A stretch of 64,000 bases of DNA from a virus (IMGVR_UViG_3300046501_000132:64001-128000), one strand, 5' to 3'; counted from the first letter of the stretch, positions 1 through 9,599 are shown. The notes: generated by a model not told the origin, from the sequence alone. A program made the numbers and translations.

Positions 1-71
1 TATCCTGTCTAATATGTAAAGTCTAATGATAGATATGAATAATGCCCCAGAGTTTCCCCTGAGGCTTGCTA

Positions 72-335
72 TCAAAAGTTATTTACTTGTCTATCAAATT
101 CATCATGAAATCTATTATAGTCTTCAACGCTTAATGGTAGCCATATTGGTCCTGTTAGATACTTCTCAGGATTGCGTTGGTACATAGATTTCAAATTATT
201 CCCTGAAGGACACCAGTGTAGCTTGCCTCTACTATCCAATATGATATAGACACCCTGACCTTGCCCGCCTACATACTTTGGGTGATTATATGATTGTAGA
301 ATATCCAGACTATCTCTAGGTATGAACTGACTCAT
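72..335 (-). CDS. hypothetical protein
   Basis: 87-aa ORF with AGGAAG upstream and a hairpin (about 44-66) downstream. Confidence 0.5.
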   Translation of the reverse strand: MSQFIPRDSLDILQSYNHPKYVGGQGQGVYIILDSRGKLHWCPSGNNLKSMYQRNPEKYLTGPIWLPLSVEDYNRFHDEFDRQVNNF

Positions 336-686
336 TATTTCTTCCTACTATTCTTAATTCCCTTATTCCTCGGGAAGGTGAAATTCAGGATAAGATGGCC
401 CAAGCCACTAGGGCTCAGATCCATAACGGAATCCTACCTAGCGGTTGAACCATTATCCCAGTGAACTCGTAAACGGAGCCAACACAGGCCGGAGGTTGGA
501 CTGCTCCCCTCCAGTAGTCATATCCTCTTGCGCTGTCTAAACAGTTAAACAGTCGAACCCCCAGGATTACACCGGCCTAAAGCCTAGATTGCGGGGTGTG
601 GCTAGTTCGATACACAGTAACCACGAACGAAATCAGCGTGCTGCCGTCTGCATACCGACCACGCTGATAGTAATACTTAGGTGCCG

Positions 687-715
687 ATTCTAACCTATTC
701 GGCTATGGAAGTCTA
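687..715 (-). promoter_or_regulatory. sigma70-type promoter
   Basis: TAGACT-17nt-TAGAAT on the minus strand, CATAG in spacer. Confidence 0.6.
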
Positions 716-735
716 CCAGTCCTAAGTAACTTTAT

Positions 736-1014
736 ATGAACCCTACTGAGAAAGCTATGAACCGCGAAACCCGCAAGGTCATGAAGGAACTGAAACAACG
801 CCTGACCGATTTCTTCTTCATCTACTATGATCATAAGACTTCGCGTCACATATACAACCATCCTGAGAACGCAGTTCCGATGATTCGTGAAGCTATCTCT
901 ACCGGAATCACCTCAAGGTCGCGTCTAGCCATCTACGGCACTGCTCTACGCGATTCTCTGGAGTACCAGCGCCTACTCCTGGAGGAAAACCAGCGGAAGG
1001 CTCTAGTGAGCTAA
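736..1014 (+). CDS. hypothetical protein
   Basis: 92-aa ORF upstream of uvsW, no recognised motif. Confidence 0.55.
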   Translation: MNPTEKAMNRETRKVMKELKQRLTDFFFIYYDHKTSRHIYNHPENAVPMIREAISTGITSRSRLAIYGTALRDSLEYQRLLLEENQRKALVS

Positions 1015-1052
1015 AAAGCGCATCTGCGCTCAACATATAATAAGGATAAGAA

Positions 1053-2567
1053 ATGACGGACATCGTTATCGAGCGTGCAAATGCTGCATTCATCAGAATC
1101 TACACGGAAGACAACGGCATCCGTCAGGATATTGATGATCACTTTTCTTACATGGAGCCGGGATTCGTTAAAAATCGCTGGACGAAGTGGAACGGTCAGG
1201 TAAGATTATTCAAGAGACGAGGTAACACCCTACCATATGGGTGCTTGTCGATGCTCTTGGAACTTGCGAAAGAACGAGGATGGAAGTTTGAGTTGGATAC
1301 TGCTTTCCGGAACGACATCACTAATGTCACCAGAGAACAGTTGGCCGATTGGGTGAATACTCTAGACCTACATACTGGTGGAATGTCCATTGATCCATAT
1401 CACTACCAGATGGATGCGTTGTATGAGGGAATTAAGTATAGTCGGCGCGTGATTCTTGCAGCTACCTCTGCTGGTAAGTCGTTGATCGCTTATATGCTGA
1501 CTCGGTACTACGAAATGATTAGCAATGAGGACGGAAAGAAGATTCTGATCTTGGTTCCATCACAGATGCTGGTTGATCAGATGTACGCGGACTTCCAGGA
1601 CTATTCAAGCCACAACGGATGGAAGGTTCACGAGAACGTTCACACCATTATGGAAGGTCGTCCGAAGAATGCTAATAAGATGGTCTACATCTCAACTTGG
1701 CAGTCGATCTTTGAAGAGGATGAAGAATACTTCAAGCAGTTCGGACGGATCATCAACGATGAAACCCACCTAGCCAGCGGGAAGTCGATCACCACTATCA
1801 TGAACCACGCCACCAACGCATATCAGCGTGTGGGTATGACTGGTACTCTGAAGGCCGAAAAGATCCACCCAATTTTGGTGATGAGCCTGTTTGGTCCCAT
1901 CAAGAGAGTGGTCACGACGAAACAGTTGATTGATGGCGGGCAGGCCACTGAGGTCGATATTAAGATGTTCCAGTTGGATTATCCGTCTGAGGAACGTCAG
2001 TATGTTGCCAAGTGTAATTACCAGAAGGAAATTGAATTCCTTGTTGCACACGAATATCGTAATCGCATTCTGGCCAATCTGGCTGCATCGGTAAAGGGTA
2101 ACACTCTAGTTATGTTTGATCGACTAGAGCATATTGAACACGTAAGGAGATTACTAGAAAAGATTGATCACGGTAAATCAGTCTACGTGATCACCGGTGA
2201 TGTTAACAAGGATGAGCGCGGAGCCATTAAGGCTATCGCTGAGCGGGAAGATGGTGTAATCGTGCTAGGCACGTCAGGATGCGTTTCGACGGGCCTATCC
2301 ATTAAGAAGCTACGAAACCTGATCTTCGCTCATCCTAGCAAGTCTATCATTAAGATTCTACAGGCTGTTGGTCGTATCCTCCGTCTGCATAACGAAAAGG
2401 GCGATGCTCACGTGTATGATCTTATTGATAACTTGTCATACGATGATAAACCAAACTATGCGCTGAAACACGCGATGGAGCGTTGGGGTATCTATAAGGA
2501 AAGTGAGTTCCCAGTTTCATTCAAGAAGATTGAAATGAAGTCTCACGCCTCGTTATTCAAGGATTAA
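1053..2567 (+). CDS. uvsW: UvsW-like SF2 RNA-DNA/DNA helicase
   Basis: Walker A ATSAGKS, DETH box, GMTGT, LQAVGRILR; T4-like N-terminus (KWNGQVRLF); 504 aa. Confidence 0.93.
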   Translation: MTDIVIERANAAFIRIYTEDNGIRQDIDDHFSYMEPGFVKNRWTKWNGQVRLFKRRGNTLPYGCLSMLLELAKERGWKFELDTAFRNDITNVTREQLADWVNTLDLHTGGMSIDPYHYQMDALYEGIKYSRRVILAATSAGKSLIAYMLTRYYEMISNEDGKKILILVPSQMLVDQMYADFQDYSSHNGWKVHENVHTIMEGRPKNANKMVYISTWQSIFEEDEEYFKQFGRIINDETHLASGKSITTIMNHATNAYQRVGMTGTLKAEKIHPILVMSLFGPIKRVVTTKQLIDGGQATEVDIKMFQLDYPSEERQYVAKCNYQKEIEFLVAHEYRNRILANLAASVKGNTLVMFDRLEHIEHVRRLLEKIDHGKSVYVITGDVNKDERGAIKAIAEREDGVIVLGTSGCVSTGLSIKKLRNLIFAHPSKSIIKILQAVGRILRLHNEKGDAHVYDLIDNLSYDDKPNYALKHAMERWGIYKESEFPVSFKKIEMKSHASLFKD

Positions 2568-2568
2568 G

Positions 2569-2787
2569 ATGATTGAAGTTGAAGTGAAGGTAATAGGTCC
2601 GGGCGGTTGTGTCAACTTTCCGTATGAGCTCATTATGCGAGCACTACAGGCGGTTAATGCAGACGTGGAATATGTCAACGAGTATTACAAACCCAACATC
2701 TTCAGTCCCAACGAAGTGAAGACGGAAGACCTGTTGAAGAACTATAAGATCAAACTTGTAGCAGATCACCGCCCTTGGGGCGGATAA
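2569..2787 (+). CDS. hypothetical protein
   Basis: 72-aa ORF immediately after uvsW and before a terminator. Confidence 0.6.
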   Translation: MIEVEVKVIGPGGCVNFPYELIMRALQAVNADVEYVNEYYKPNIFSPNEVKTEDLLKNYKIKLVADHRPWGG

Positions 2788-2789
2788 GC

Positions 2790-2827
2790 AAAAAGCCCTC
2801 AGGATTTCTCCTGAGGGCTTTTCTTTT
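2790..2827. terminator. bidirectional intrinsic terminator
   Basis: AAAAGCCCTCAGGA-TTTC-TCCTGAGGGCTTTT between convergent genes. Confidence 0.85.
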
Positions 2828-2839
2828 GATAATATAGAA

Positions 2840-3025
2840 TCACATACCACCGAGTTGTTCAATATTACTCTTCTGCTTCTTGAGACGCTCTGCTTGCTCG
2901 TCTAGGTCGCGCTGGATGAAGAGTAGTTTGATGTCTAACTGCCAAGGGGTCATATTCATAATCTCGGCCAGGCTCATCTGGTGGTCGCGAACTAGCACGT
3001 GTTGTACCTCCAGTCGGTCAATCAC
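2840..3025 (-). CDS. gp51-like baseplate hub assembly protein (short form)
   Basis: SLAEIMNMTPWQLDI motif, directly downstream of gp26-like gene. Confidence 0.7.
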   Translation of the reverse strand: MIDRLEVQHVLVRDHQMSLAEIMNMTPWQLDIKLLFIQRDLDEQAERLKKQKSNIEQLGGM

Positions 3026-3039
3026 AGTGCCGCCAATGA

Positions 3040-3771
3040 TTATTGAAAAACCTCTTGAACAGAGTTAAATTCAATCTCGTGTATAGTTCCACACTTGGGA
3101 CAAGTCACGGTCTGTGAGTAGAATAGATGAGGCATACCTGTGAAGAACTTATCATATACGTCCTTCTTTTGCATCAACGTAAGCTGATCCCAGAATTCCT
3201 TCAATTGATCTCTCGTATAATCGTCTGATGAGTAAACATTCTCCGCATCGAAGATGGTGTCAATGCAGCTGATAATCGTTTCGATTTCATTTGTAGTGTC
3301 CGTATCAGCAGCCTCAAATAGCGCGATAGAAGGATAGCGGAACTTAATACCAATAGGATCGGCAATAATGATCGTATTAGTATGTCCTTCCTCTTCAACA
3401 ATCTTAAACTCTCGTAGGTCGATCTGAATAGGGATCGTCTGTCCGCACTTTTTCTCATCTTCATCATTTACGGTTTGACATAGATAAGTCTGGTCAATAA
3501 GTTCGCCAATCGAATTTTGACGCAAGCGTAGGAAAATTTCTTCCACAAGGAACAGCGGGAGGGTTTCCACATCTAGACCAGGAGTTTGATTACAGGCTTG
3601 AACTACCTGCTTAATTGCTTGCATCTTTTCTCGGTCGTCTTCCGCATCCTTAACTTGAATCAAGATGTCTTCCAGACCTACAGTGAACGGCGTGAGCGTG
3701 ATCTTTCCTTTTGGAAGAAATTTGCTTTTTACATCAAATGTCTTCTTAGGGATGATTGGTAGAGCGTTCAT
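3040..3771 (-). CDS. gp26-like baseplate hub assembly protein
   Basis: LPII..PFTV..E, IFLRLRQNSIGE, IGIKFRYPS, C-terminal CPKC..FQ. Confidence 0.85.
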   Translation of the reverse strand: MNALPIIPKKTFDVKSKFLPKGKITLTPFTVGLEDILIQVKDAEDDREKMQAIKQVVQACNQTPGLDVETLPLFLVEEIFLRLRQNSIGELIDQTYLCQTVNDEDEKKCGQTIPIQIDLREFKIVEEEGHTNTIIIADPIGIKFRYPSIALFEAADTDTTNEIETIISCIDTIFDAENVYSSDDYTRDQLKEFWDQLTLMQKKDVYDKFFTGMPHLFYSQTVTCPKCGTIHEIEFNSVQEVFQ

Positions 3772-3815
3772 TAGAGTTTCTCATAGTGTTGTATATGAAT
3801 AATTTAGCCTTTCAG

Positions 3816-3844
3816 TTTACCGATCTCATAGGACGAGCTATACT
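3816..3844 (+). promoter_or_regulatory. sigma70-type promoter for nrdB-nrdA
   Basis: TTTACC-17nt-TATACT; a late-type CTAAATA follows at 3892-3898. Confidence 0.65.
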
Positions 3845-3943
3845 AGAAAACGTTATCGAACACCAGGAAGTGCTTTTGCCTAGTATGGGGTCTAAATACT
3901 AGGCTAACAGCATTTCCAAAAACGTTTCAAGGTATGGTATGAA

Positions 3944-4951
3944 ATGATTATCACGAACACTCCAAAAATTAAAACTCCAACGGAGTCGTACACTAATAAG
4001 GATTACCCAGAGGCATTAGACTTTGCGGAAAAACAGAATAGTGTTTTCTGGCTCCATGGTGAAGTAAAAGTTGAGAAAGACAAGCAGGACTTGCTTGTAA
4101 ATGTGACCCCCTCTGAAAAGCATGGGGTCACAACTGTTTCTAAGTTGTTTACCCGTTACGAACTATTCATTGGTGAAGAGTATTGGGGCGAGATTGTAGC
4201 GAAGCGTTACCCGCGTCCTGAGATTGTCCGGATGGCTAATGCGTTTTCGTTCTTTGAACTTAACGTTCATGCTCCGTTTTACGCCAAGCTGAATGAAGAA
4301 CTCGGTATTGCAACTGACGAATTCTACACATCTTATGCGAATGACCCGGTCCTAGCTGACCGTATGGCCTTTATTGATGAGATGCTAAATAGCGACGACG
4401 AATTGTTGTCTCTTGCTGCATTCTCAATGATTGAAGGTGCTGTTCTTTATTCATCGTTTGCGTTTCTCAAGCATTTCCAGAGCAACGGTAAGAACAAGAT
4501 GATGAACCTGGTTCGCGGGATTAACTTCTCAGTCCGCGACGAAAACCTGCACGCTATGGCTGGAGCCTGGCTCTTCAAGAAGGTACTTGAGGAACTTGGA
4601 CTGACTACTCCACAGAAACATAAGCTATTTGAGAAAATTAAGAAGGTTGCTCAGCGAGTATATGAGCACGAATGTCGTATTGTAGACATGATCTTCGAAA
4701 AGGGCGAGATTCCCGGTATTAATGCGGAGGACTTGAAGGCATTCGTCCGTAGTCGCATTAATATCTGCCTGAGCAACCTAGGTGTGGATACGATCTTCAC
4801 TCTGGCTGAAACTCAAAATACGATTGACGCGTGGTTCTACCGCAGCATCAACAATTTCCAGTTCAATGACTTCTTCAGCGGTATGGGGAATCAATACAAT
4901 CGTAATTGGGAGAAAACTGGTTTTATCTGGCGTGGGAAGGATAAGAAATGA
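3944..4951 (+). CDS. nrdB: ribonucleotide reductase class I beta subunit
   Basis: FW..E, ELNVHAPFY, IEGAVLYSSF, RDENLH dimetal motifs. Confidence 0.93.
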   Translation: MIITNTPKIKTPTESYTNKDYPEALDFAEKQNSVFWLHGEVKVEKDKQDLLVNVTPSEKHGVTTVSKLFTRYELFIGEEYWGEIVAKRYPRPEIVRMANAFSFFELNVHAPFYAKLNEELGIATDEFYTSYANDPVLADRMAFIDEMLNSDDELLSLAAFSMIEGAVLYSSFAFLKHFQSNGKNKMMNLVRGINFSVRDENLHAMAGAWLFKKVLEELGLTTPQKHKLFEKIKKVAQRVYEHECRIVDMIFEKGEIPGINAEDLKAFVRSRINICLSNLGVDTIFTLAETQNTIDAWFYRSINNFQFNDFFSGMGNQYNRNWEKTGFIWRGKDKK

Positions 4952-5106
4952 TTTCTAATAGGGTTGAGGCATCGGCCCTATACTCCGATACCAAATATAT
5001 CAGATGGTATCGGAGTATCTGCGAAAGGTATGATGTTTCAGGACAGAAAGGGTCGCATAGACATCTAGGTCATAGTGATAAATGTAGAGAATTTTATGGC
5101 AAGTAA
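4948..5106 (+). pseudogene. probable internally deleted homing endonuclease remnant (52 aa)
   Basis: MISNRVEASALYSDTKYIRWYRSICERYDVSGQKGSHRHLGHSDKCREFYGK; resembles the N- and C-termini of phage free-standing endonucleases; overlaps nrdB stop and nrdA start. Confidence 0.45.
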
Positions 5107-6796
5107 ACAACTTTCAAAATATGAAGAACTTTCTCAGCTTCGCAAAAAGATGCAAGCTGAAGGTGTTCTACCTGAGTGGTATACAACCGGCGGCCTTCAA
5201 ATGTTTTTGGACCGCTATCAATATGATGCAGCTACGCCTCGTGATCAATATGTGCGTATCGCTCGGACGGCTGCTCAACATACTAATAACCCAGCTCTTT
5301 GGAAAGAACGATTCTTTGAGCTATTGTGGAAAGGCTGGTTGAGTCCTTCGACTCCTGTTCTTGCTAACATGGGTACGAATCGCGGCATGCCGGTTAGTTG
5401 CTCGGGACAAAAGGTAGATGACTCTATCTACGGATTCAAGGCCGCTGAGCTGGAAACATGTGTTCTGACTCAAGAAGGTTTCGGCACATCCGGTTACCTT
5501 GGGGATATTCGTCCTCGCGGTTCAAAAATTTCTCGTGGAGGTAAGGCAAGTGGCATTCTTCCGGTCTATAAAGATTTCGTTCAATCGATGCGTGATGTGG
5601 CACAGGGAACTGCCCGTCGCGGCGCTTGGGCTGGATACCTTGAGCCGACCCATGGAGATTTTTATGAACTCATCGAGTTTATCAAGAATAACCCTGATGA
5701 TGCTAATATCGGCTGGTGTATTACTGATGACTTCATTGAAGGTCTCGATAGACAAGACGCAGACTACATCGACCGATATCAGACAATGATGTTGGTCAAG
5801 ATGATCACCGGGAAGGGATATTTCTTCTTCAATGATAAGGTGAATCGTCTTCGTCCTCCTGCCTACGTAAAGCACGATCTGTACGTCAAGGCAAGTAACC
5901 TGTGTTCTGAGATCGCGCTGTTCAGCGACGCGAATCACACCTTCACATGCGTATTGTCTTCGATGAACGCAGCGAAGTTTGATGAATGGAAGGATACTGA
6001 AGCAGCTTACTGGGCAACTGTGTTCCTGGATTGCGTCTGCTCCGAGTTTCTGGAGAAGGCTCGCACCATCCGTGGTCTGGAAAACGCTGTTCGCTTCACT
6101 GAGAAGGGACGTGCTCTGGGACTAGGCGTTGCCGGGTTCCACACGTATCTGCAATCCCATTCGATGCCGTTCGATAGTTTCGAAGCGATGCAGTTCAACG
6201 ATCAACTGTTCAGCCACATCCGTGGACAAGCAGATCGTGCGACTCGTGACCTAGCGATTGAATATGGTGAACCGGAATGGTGCGTTGGGCTGGGAGTTCG
6301 TAACACCCACCTGATGGCGATTGCTCCGACAAAGTCTACTGCTCTGATCATGGGCGGTATCTCTGAAGGTATCAATCCTGATCCGGCGATGACCTTCACG
6401 CAGATGACTGCTGCCGGTGAGGTTGATCGTGCGAATCCGATTCTTTTGGAGATCATGAAGTCTCGCGGCGTATACGACGACGCTCATATGCAACAACTGA
6501 CCGACTCGCAAGGCTCGGTACAGATGGTTGACTGGCTGACAGATCACGAAAAGGAAGTGTTCCGCAATGCCTTTGAGATCAACCAGAAGGCGATCATTCT
6601 GATGGCATCGGCTCGTCAGATGTATATTGACCAGAGCCAGTCGGTGAATCTGTTCTTCGATGCTAATGAGCTTGAAGCGTATATCTCTGAAATCCATGAG
6701 ATGGCCTTCAACGACCCGTTCATCTGCTCGCTATACTACAATTATTCTAAGGCTGGTATTACCGCTGCTAAAGGGGAATGCGAAAGTTGCATGTGA
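5096..6796 (+). CDS. nrdA: ribonucleotide reductase class I alpha subunit (no ATP cone)
   Basis: SPSTPVLAN, VSC, SNLCSEI, AIAPT, DQSQSVN, C-terminal CESC. Confidence 0.95.
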   Translation: MASKQLSKYEELSQLRKKMQAEGVLPEWYTTGGLQMFLDRYQYDAATPRDQYVRIARTAAQHTNNPALWKERFFELLWKGWLSPSTPVLANMGTNRGMPVSCSGQKVDDSIYGFKAAELETCVLTQEGFGTSGYLGDIRPRGSKISRGGKASGILPVYKDFVQSMRDVAQGTARRGAWAGYLEPTHGDFYELIEFIKNNPDDANIGWCITDDFIEGLDRQDADYIDRYQTMMLVKMITGKGYFFFNDKVNRLRPPAYVKHDLYVKASNLCSEIALFSDANHTFTCVLSSMNAAKFDEWKDTEAAYWATVFLDCVCSEFLEKARTIRGLENAVRFTEKGRALGLGVAGFHTYLQSHSMPFDSFEAMQFNDQLFSHIRGQADRATRDLAIEYGEPEWCVGLGVRNTHLMAIAPTKSTALIMGGISEGINPDPAMTFTQMTAAGEVDRANPILLEIMKSRGVYDDAHMQQLTDSQGSVQMVDWLTDHEKEVFRNAFEINQKAIILMASARQMYIDQSQSVNLFFDANELEAYISEIHEMAFNDPFICSLYYNYSKAGITAAKGECESCM

Positions 6797-6800
6797 GATA

Positions 6801-6824
6801 AATGGGAGGCAATAGCCTCCCATT
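6801..6824 (+). terminator. stem-loop after nrdA
   Basis: AATGGGAGGC-AATA-GCCTCCCATT. Confidence 0.6.
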
Positions 6825-6942
6825 ATCAATCTGATGGTCGATAGTATTTAACGTGACGCCCGTGAGTAACCGCGCCTGCATGTAAACTAAATCATAGTAT
6901 ACGGGGTTAGCAACCGCTAACCCCTAATTAACTGAATAAGTA

Positions 6943-7365
6943 ATGAGTGATATTTCGATTCTGGACGCTAAGGTCCAACAACTGAAGGATGCTTTCCATA
7001 GTATTGACCCGAACCAAGATTTGGTGGTTGATGATAATGGTAATGGCGGCAAGCTGGTATATGGTCCATTTCCTTCGTTCATCGTATTGGTTGAGGAAGT
7101 GGGTCCGCTACGAGCACTGGTTCATGTAAATGCTGATGCTCCAAATATGGTGTTGTGTTTCCAGAAGTTCTTCAAAGAACTTGATATTGAATTTGACGGT
7201 CCCTTCGCTGTTGACAGCGACACCGGTGAATTGATTCAAGGTCAGGAAGCGTATGCGAAAAAGGAAGAAAATATTTTGATGTTTGCGGCTGATATCATCC
7301 AACGTCGTAAGGCATCAGAGCAGCAAGGTATAGTCGTGCCGGATAAAAAGATCATTCTTGCTTAA
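6943..7365 (+). CDS. hypothetical protein
   Basis: 140-aa ORF co-oriented with glutaredoxin. Confidence 0.75.
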   Translation: MSDISILDAKVQQLKDAFHSIDPNQDLVVDDNGNGGKLVYGPFPSFIVLVEEVGPLRALVHVNADAPNMVLCFQKFFKELDIEFDGPFAVDSDTGELIQGQEAYAKKEENILMFAADIIQRRKASEQQGIVVPDKKIILA

Positions 7366-7374
7366 AGGAAACCT

Positions 7375-7620
7375 ATGCTAACCCTATATTCGAAAGATAA
7401 TTGCCCCCAGTGCCTACAACTAGAAAGCCTGCTGAAAGTTAAGGGCAAGACCTTTGAGGTCAAGAAGCTGGACAAAGACTATACCCGCGAAGACCTAGAC
7501 GCTGTTTTTGAACAGGCCGGTCTACCAGTCCCTCGATCATTCCCCATGCTGTTCAATGGATCGACCTTTGTTGGTACTTTGAATGAAGCTAAAATGGCGA
7601 TTGCTACCGGCAAGCTATGA
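7375..7620 (+). CDS. glutaredoxin
   Basis: YSKDNCPQC active site, RSFP cis-Pro motif, near nrdAB. Confidence 0.9.
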   Translation: MLTLYSKDNCPQCLQLESLLKVKGKTFEVKKLDKDYTREDLDAVFEQAGLPVPRSFPMLFNGSTFVGTLNEAKMAIATGKL

Positions 7621-7769
7621 GTCTATTAAAATACAAGATGACCTGCGAGAGCGAAGATTGTGGTAAGTCCGTGATCATTCTCGTGGATCCGGAGGAAGAC
7701 AAAGCCCCGAATATCTGTCCGTTCTGTGGATCGGAGTCGTCAGAGAATCCAACTAAGTCGGAGGAATAA
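7617..7769 (+). CDS. small zinc-ribbon protein (50 aa, not in ORF track)
   Basis: MSLLKYKMTCESEDCG...ICPFCGS; ATGA overlap with glutaredoxin stop. Confidence 0.7.
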   Translation: MSLLKYKMTCESEDCGKSVIILVDPEEDKAPNICPFCGSESSENPTKSEE

Positions 7770-7806
7770 TCAAGCTAAGTTCTCTATATCAACTAGAGAA
7801 CTGAAT

Positions 7807-8364
7807 ATGATTATCGCTGGAATCGACTATAGCTACACAAGCCCTGCCATCTGCGTCTATGATACGAAAAAGGAATTGATTTTTGAGAATCTATATTTCT
7901 TCAATATCAATGATAAGAAGAAACTCGCTGGACGGTATGGAAACATCGACATTGCGACCTTCCCTGAGTATAAGACTCAAGAGGAACGGTTCAGAAATAT
8001 TAGCATTTGGGCTAGTAATATCCTGAATATGTTCAAGGTTGAAGAGGCTTGTATCGAAGGATATAATTTTGGGGCTAGTTCAGGACTCGTTTTTAACATT
8101 GCTGAAAATGCGAGTCTGATTAAGCAGTATATGGACGTGAGTGGAATACCGTTTACAACGCCGACTCCATCTCAAGTCAAGAAGAATCATACAGGCAAAG
8201 GAAACGCTAAGAAAGATGTAATGGTGGATAAATTCCACGAAATCTTCCCGGTGAAGCTGCATGAGATTCTCGGTATTAAAGAAATGGCAAAGCCTATTGA
8301 TGACTTAGTGGACTCCTTCGCAGTCCTCAAGTGTCATGGCTCTTTTAGTGAGGTTAAACAATGA
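7807..8364 (+). CDS. RuvC-like Holliday junction resolvase
   Basis: IIAGIDYS..SPA, IEGY, PSQVKK..TGKGNAKK, DDLVDSF. Confidence 0.85.
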   Translation: MIIAGIDYSYTSPAICVYDTKKELIFENLYFFNINDKKKLAGRYGNIDIATFPEYKTQEERFRNISIWASNILNMFKVEEACIEGYNFGASSGLVFNIAENASLIKQYMDVSGIPFTTPTPSQVKKNHTGKGNAKKDVMVDKFHEIFPVKLHEILGIKEMAKPIDDLVDSFAVLKCHGSFSEVKQ

Positions 8365-8870
8365 GTGGATCGTCTTCAGCATTTCTGAATGGCTATCTGA
8401 GTGATAGAGAGGCAGCTTTGGTTAAGAAGCGTGACTTGGACCTAAGCGAACTGATTGAGCTTTGTGCTCAGCCGGCAAGCATTGATGATCGTGTGGCGGC
8501 AGTTAAGCGTTACAGCGCCATCTACCCTGAACTGAAGTATTTCCTGATTGTGGCGTATTTCTGTAAGGATGCTTTCAGTCAAGTCAACGAGCTGGGTCCG
8601 CTGGATTGGGCACCGTCAAGTGTTCCGAAGGGCGGAAGCGTAGAGACTCTACAGAGTATGTGGACTCAAGTTACGCGAATGTATGATACATTCCCATCTG
8701 GTCCTCGGATTAAGAGAGGTATTGCACATCAATTGCTTCCGACTCTACACGCGGATGATGCAGAACTAATCGCTCAAATTATTGCTGGTAAATACTATAG
8801 GAAGGAATTGAACGAAGTTGTTGTACAACGGGCCTTCCCGAAGGAAACCCCGCAGGACCCAAAAGCATAA
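8361..8870 (+). CDS. hypothetical protein of a type common in T4-like phages
   Basis: 169-aa ORF overlapping the resolvase stop. Confidence 0.7.
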   Translation: MSGSSSAFLNGYLSDREAALVKKRDLDLSELIELCAQPASIDDRVAAVKRYSAIYPELKYFLIVAYFCKDAFSQVNELGPLDWAPSSVPKGGSVETLQSMWTQVTRMYDTFPSGPRIKRGIAHQLLPTLHADDAELIAQIIAGKYYRKELNEVVVQRAFPKETPQDPKA

Positions 8871-8960
8871 AGCCTGCTCTGAGAACTAGACATTTCGAGT
8901 TTTGGAGAAAGGTCAAGTTGCGTCTGTTTAGGGCAGGCCGAAATAAATAATGAATTAATG

Positions 8961-8988
8961 AACAGGGAAACTTCGGTTTCCCTGTTTT
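8961..8988 (+). terminator. intrinsic terminator with UUCG loop
   Basis: AACAGGGAAAC-TTCG-GTTTCCCTGTTTT. Confidence 0.85.
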
Positions 8989-9002
8989 CCATTTTACGGG
9001 TA

Positions 9003-9031
9003 TTTACTTTACATATTAAGTCGGGTATAAT
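9003..9031 (+). promoter_or_regulatory. sigma70-type promoter
   Basis: TTTACT-17nt-TATAAT. Confidence 0.75.
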
Positions 9032-9108
9032 ACCGTAATACTCAGCAACATTATCACCTAGGAAATACACTATAGCACCGCCCATCAATTATTACAAGGA
9101 GAATACAA

Positions 9109-9594
9109 ATGTTGGCTCAATTCAAAGCCCTAATAGTATCCATGTTCATGGCAGTTAATACGGGAATGTCCCAACCAGCCATTAACCTGGGTAGCGTAGA
9201 TGATCTGAAAGAAGTGGCTTGTCTATCTCAAGCTGTACACGGAGAAGCGGGTAATCAATCCATGCAAGGAAAGATCGCCGTGGCTCATGTGATCATCAAC
9301 CGTACAAAATCAGATAAGTTTCCCGCAGACGATGTTTGCGGAGTTGTAAAGCAAAAAGGTCAATTCGACTTCCTAAAGAAAGTTCGATGGATCAAAGAAA
9401 ACAAGCCTGAAGAGCGTAAGCAAATGGAGGAATCCATCACCGCTGCCTTTAAGGCGTTGCATGAGCCCGATCCAACCAACGGCGCTCTATATTTCGTAAA
9501 CCCACACCTCGCGGATATGAGTTGGTTGCGAGGGTTGAAGAAGACAGTGAAGATTGATGACCACGTCTTCTATAAACCGCGTCGAGACATGTGA
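9109..9594 (+). CDS. SleB/Hydrolase_2 cell wall hydrolase
   Basis: CLSQAVHGEA, AVAHVIINR, CGVVKQKGQF, DPTNGALYF, IDDHVFY; hydrophobic N-terminus. Confidence 0.9.
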   Translation: MLAQFKALIVSMFMAVNTGMSQPAINLGSVDDLKEVACLSQAVHGEAGNQSMQGKIAVAHVIINRTKSDKFPADDVCGVVKQKGQFDFLKKVRWIKENKPEERKQMEESITAAFKALHEPDPTNGALYFVNPHLADMSWLRGLKKTVKIDDHVFYKPRRDM

Positions 9595-9599
9595 TTCAG

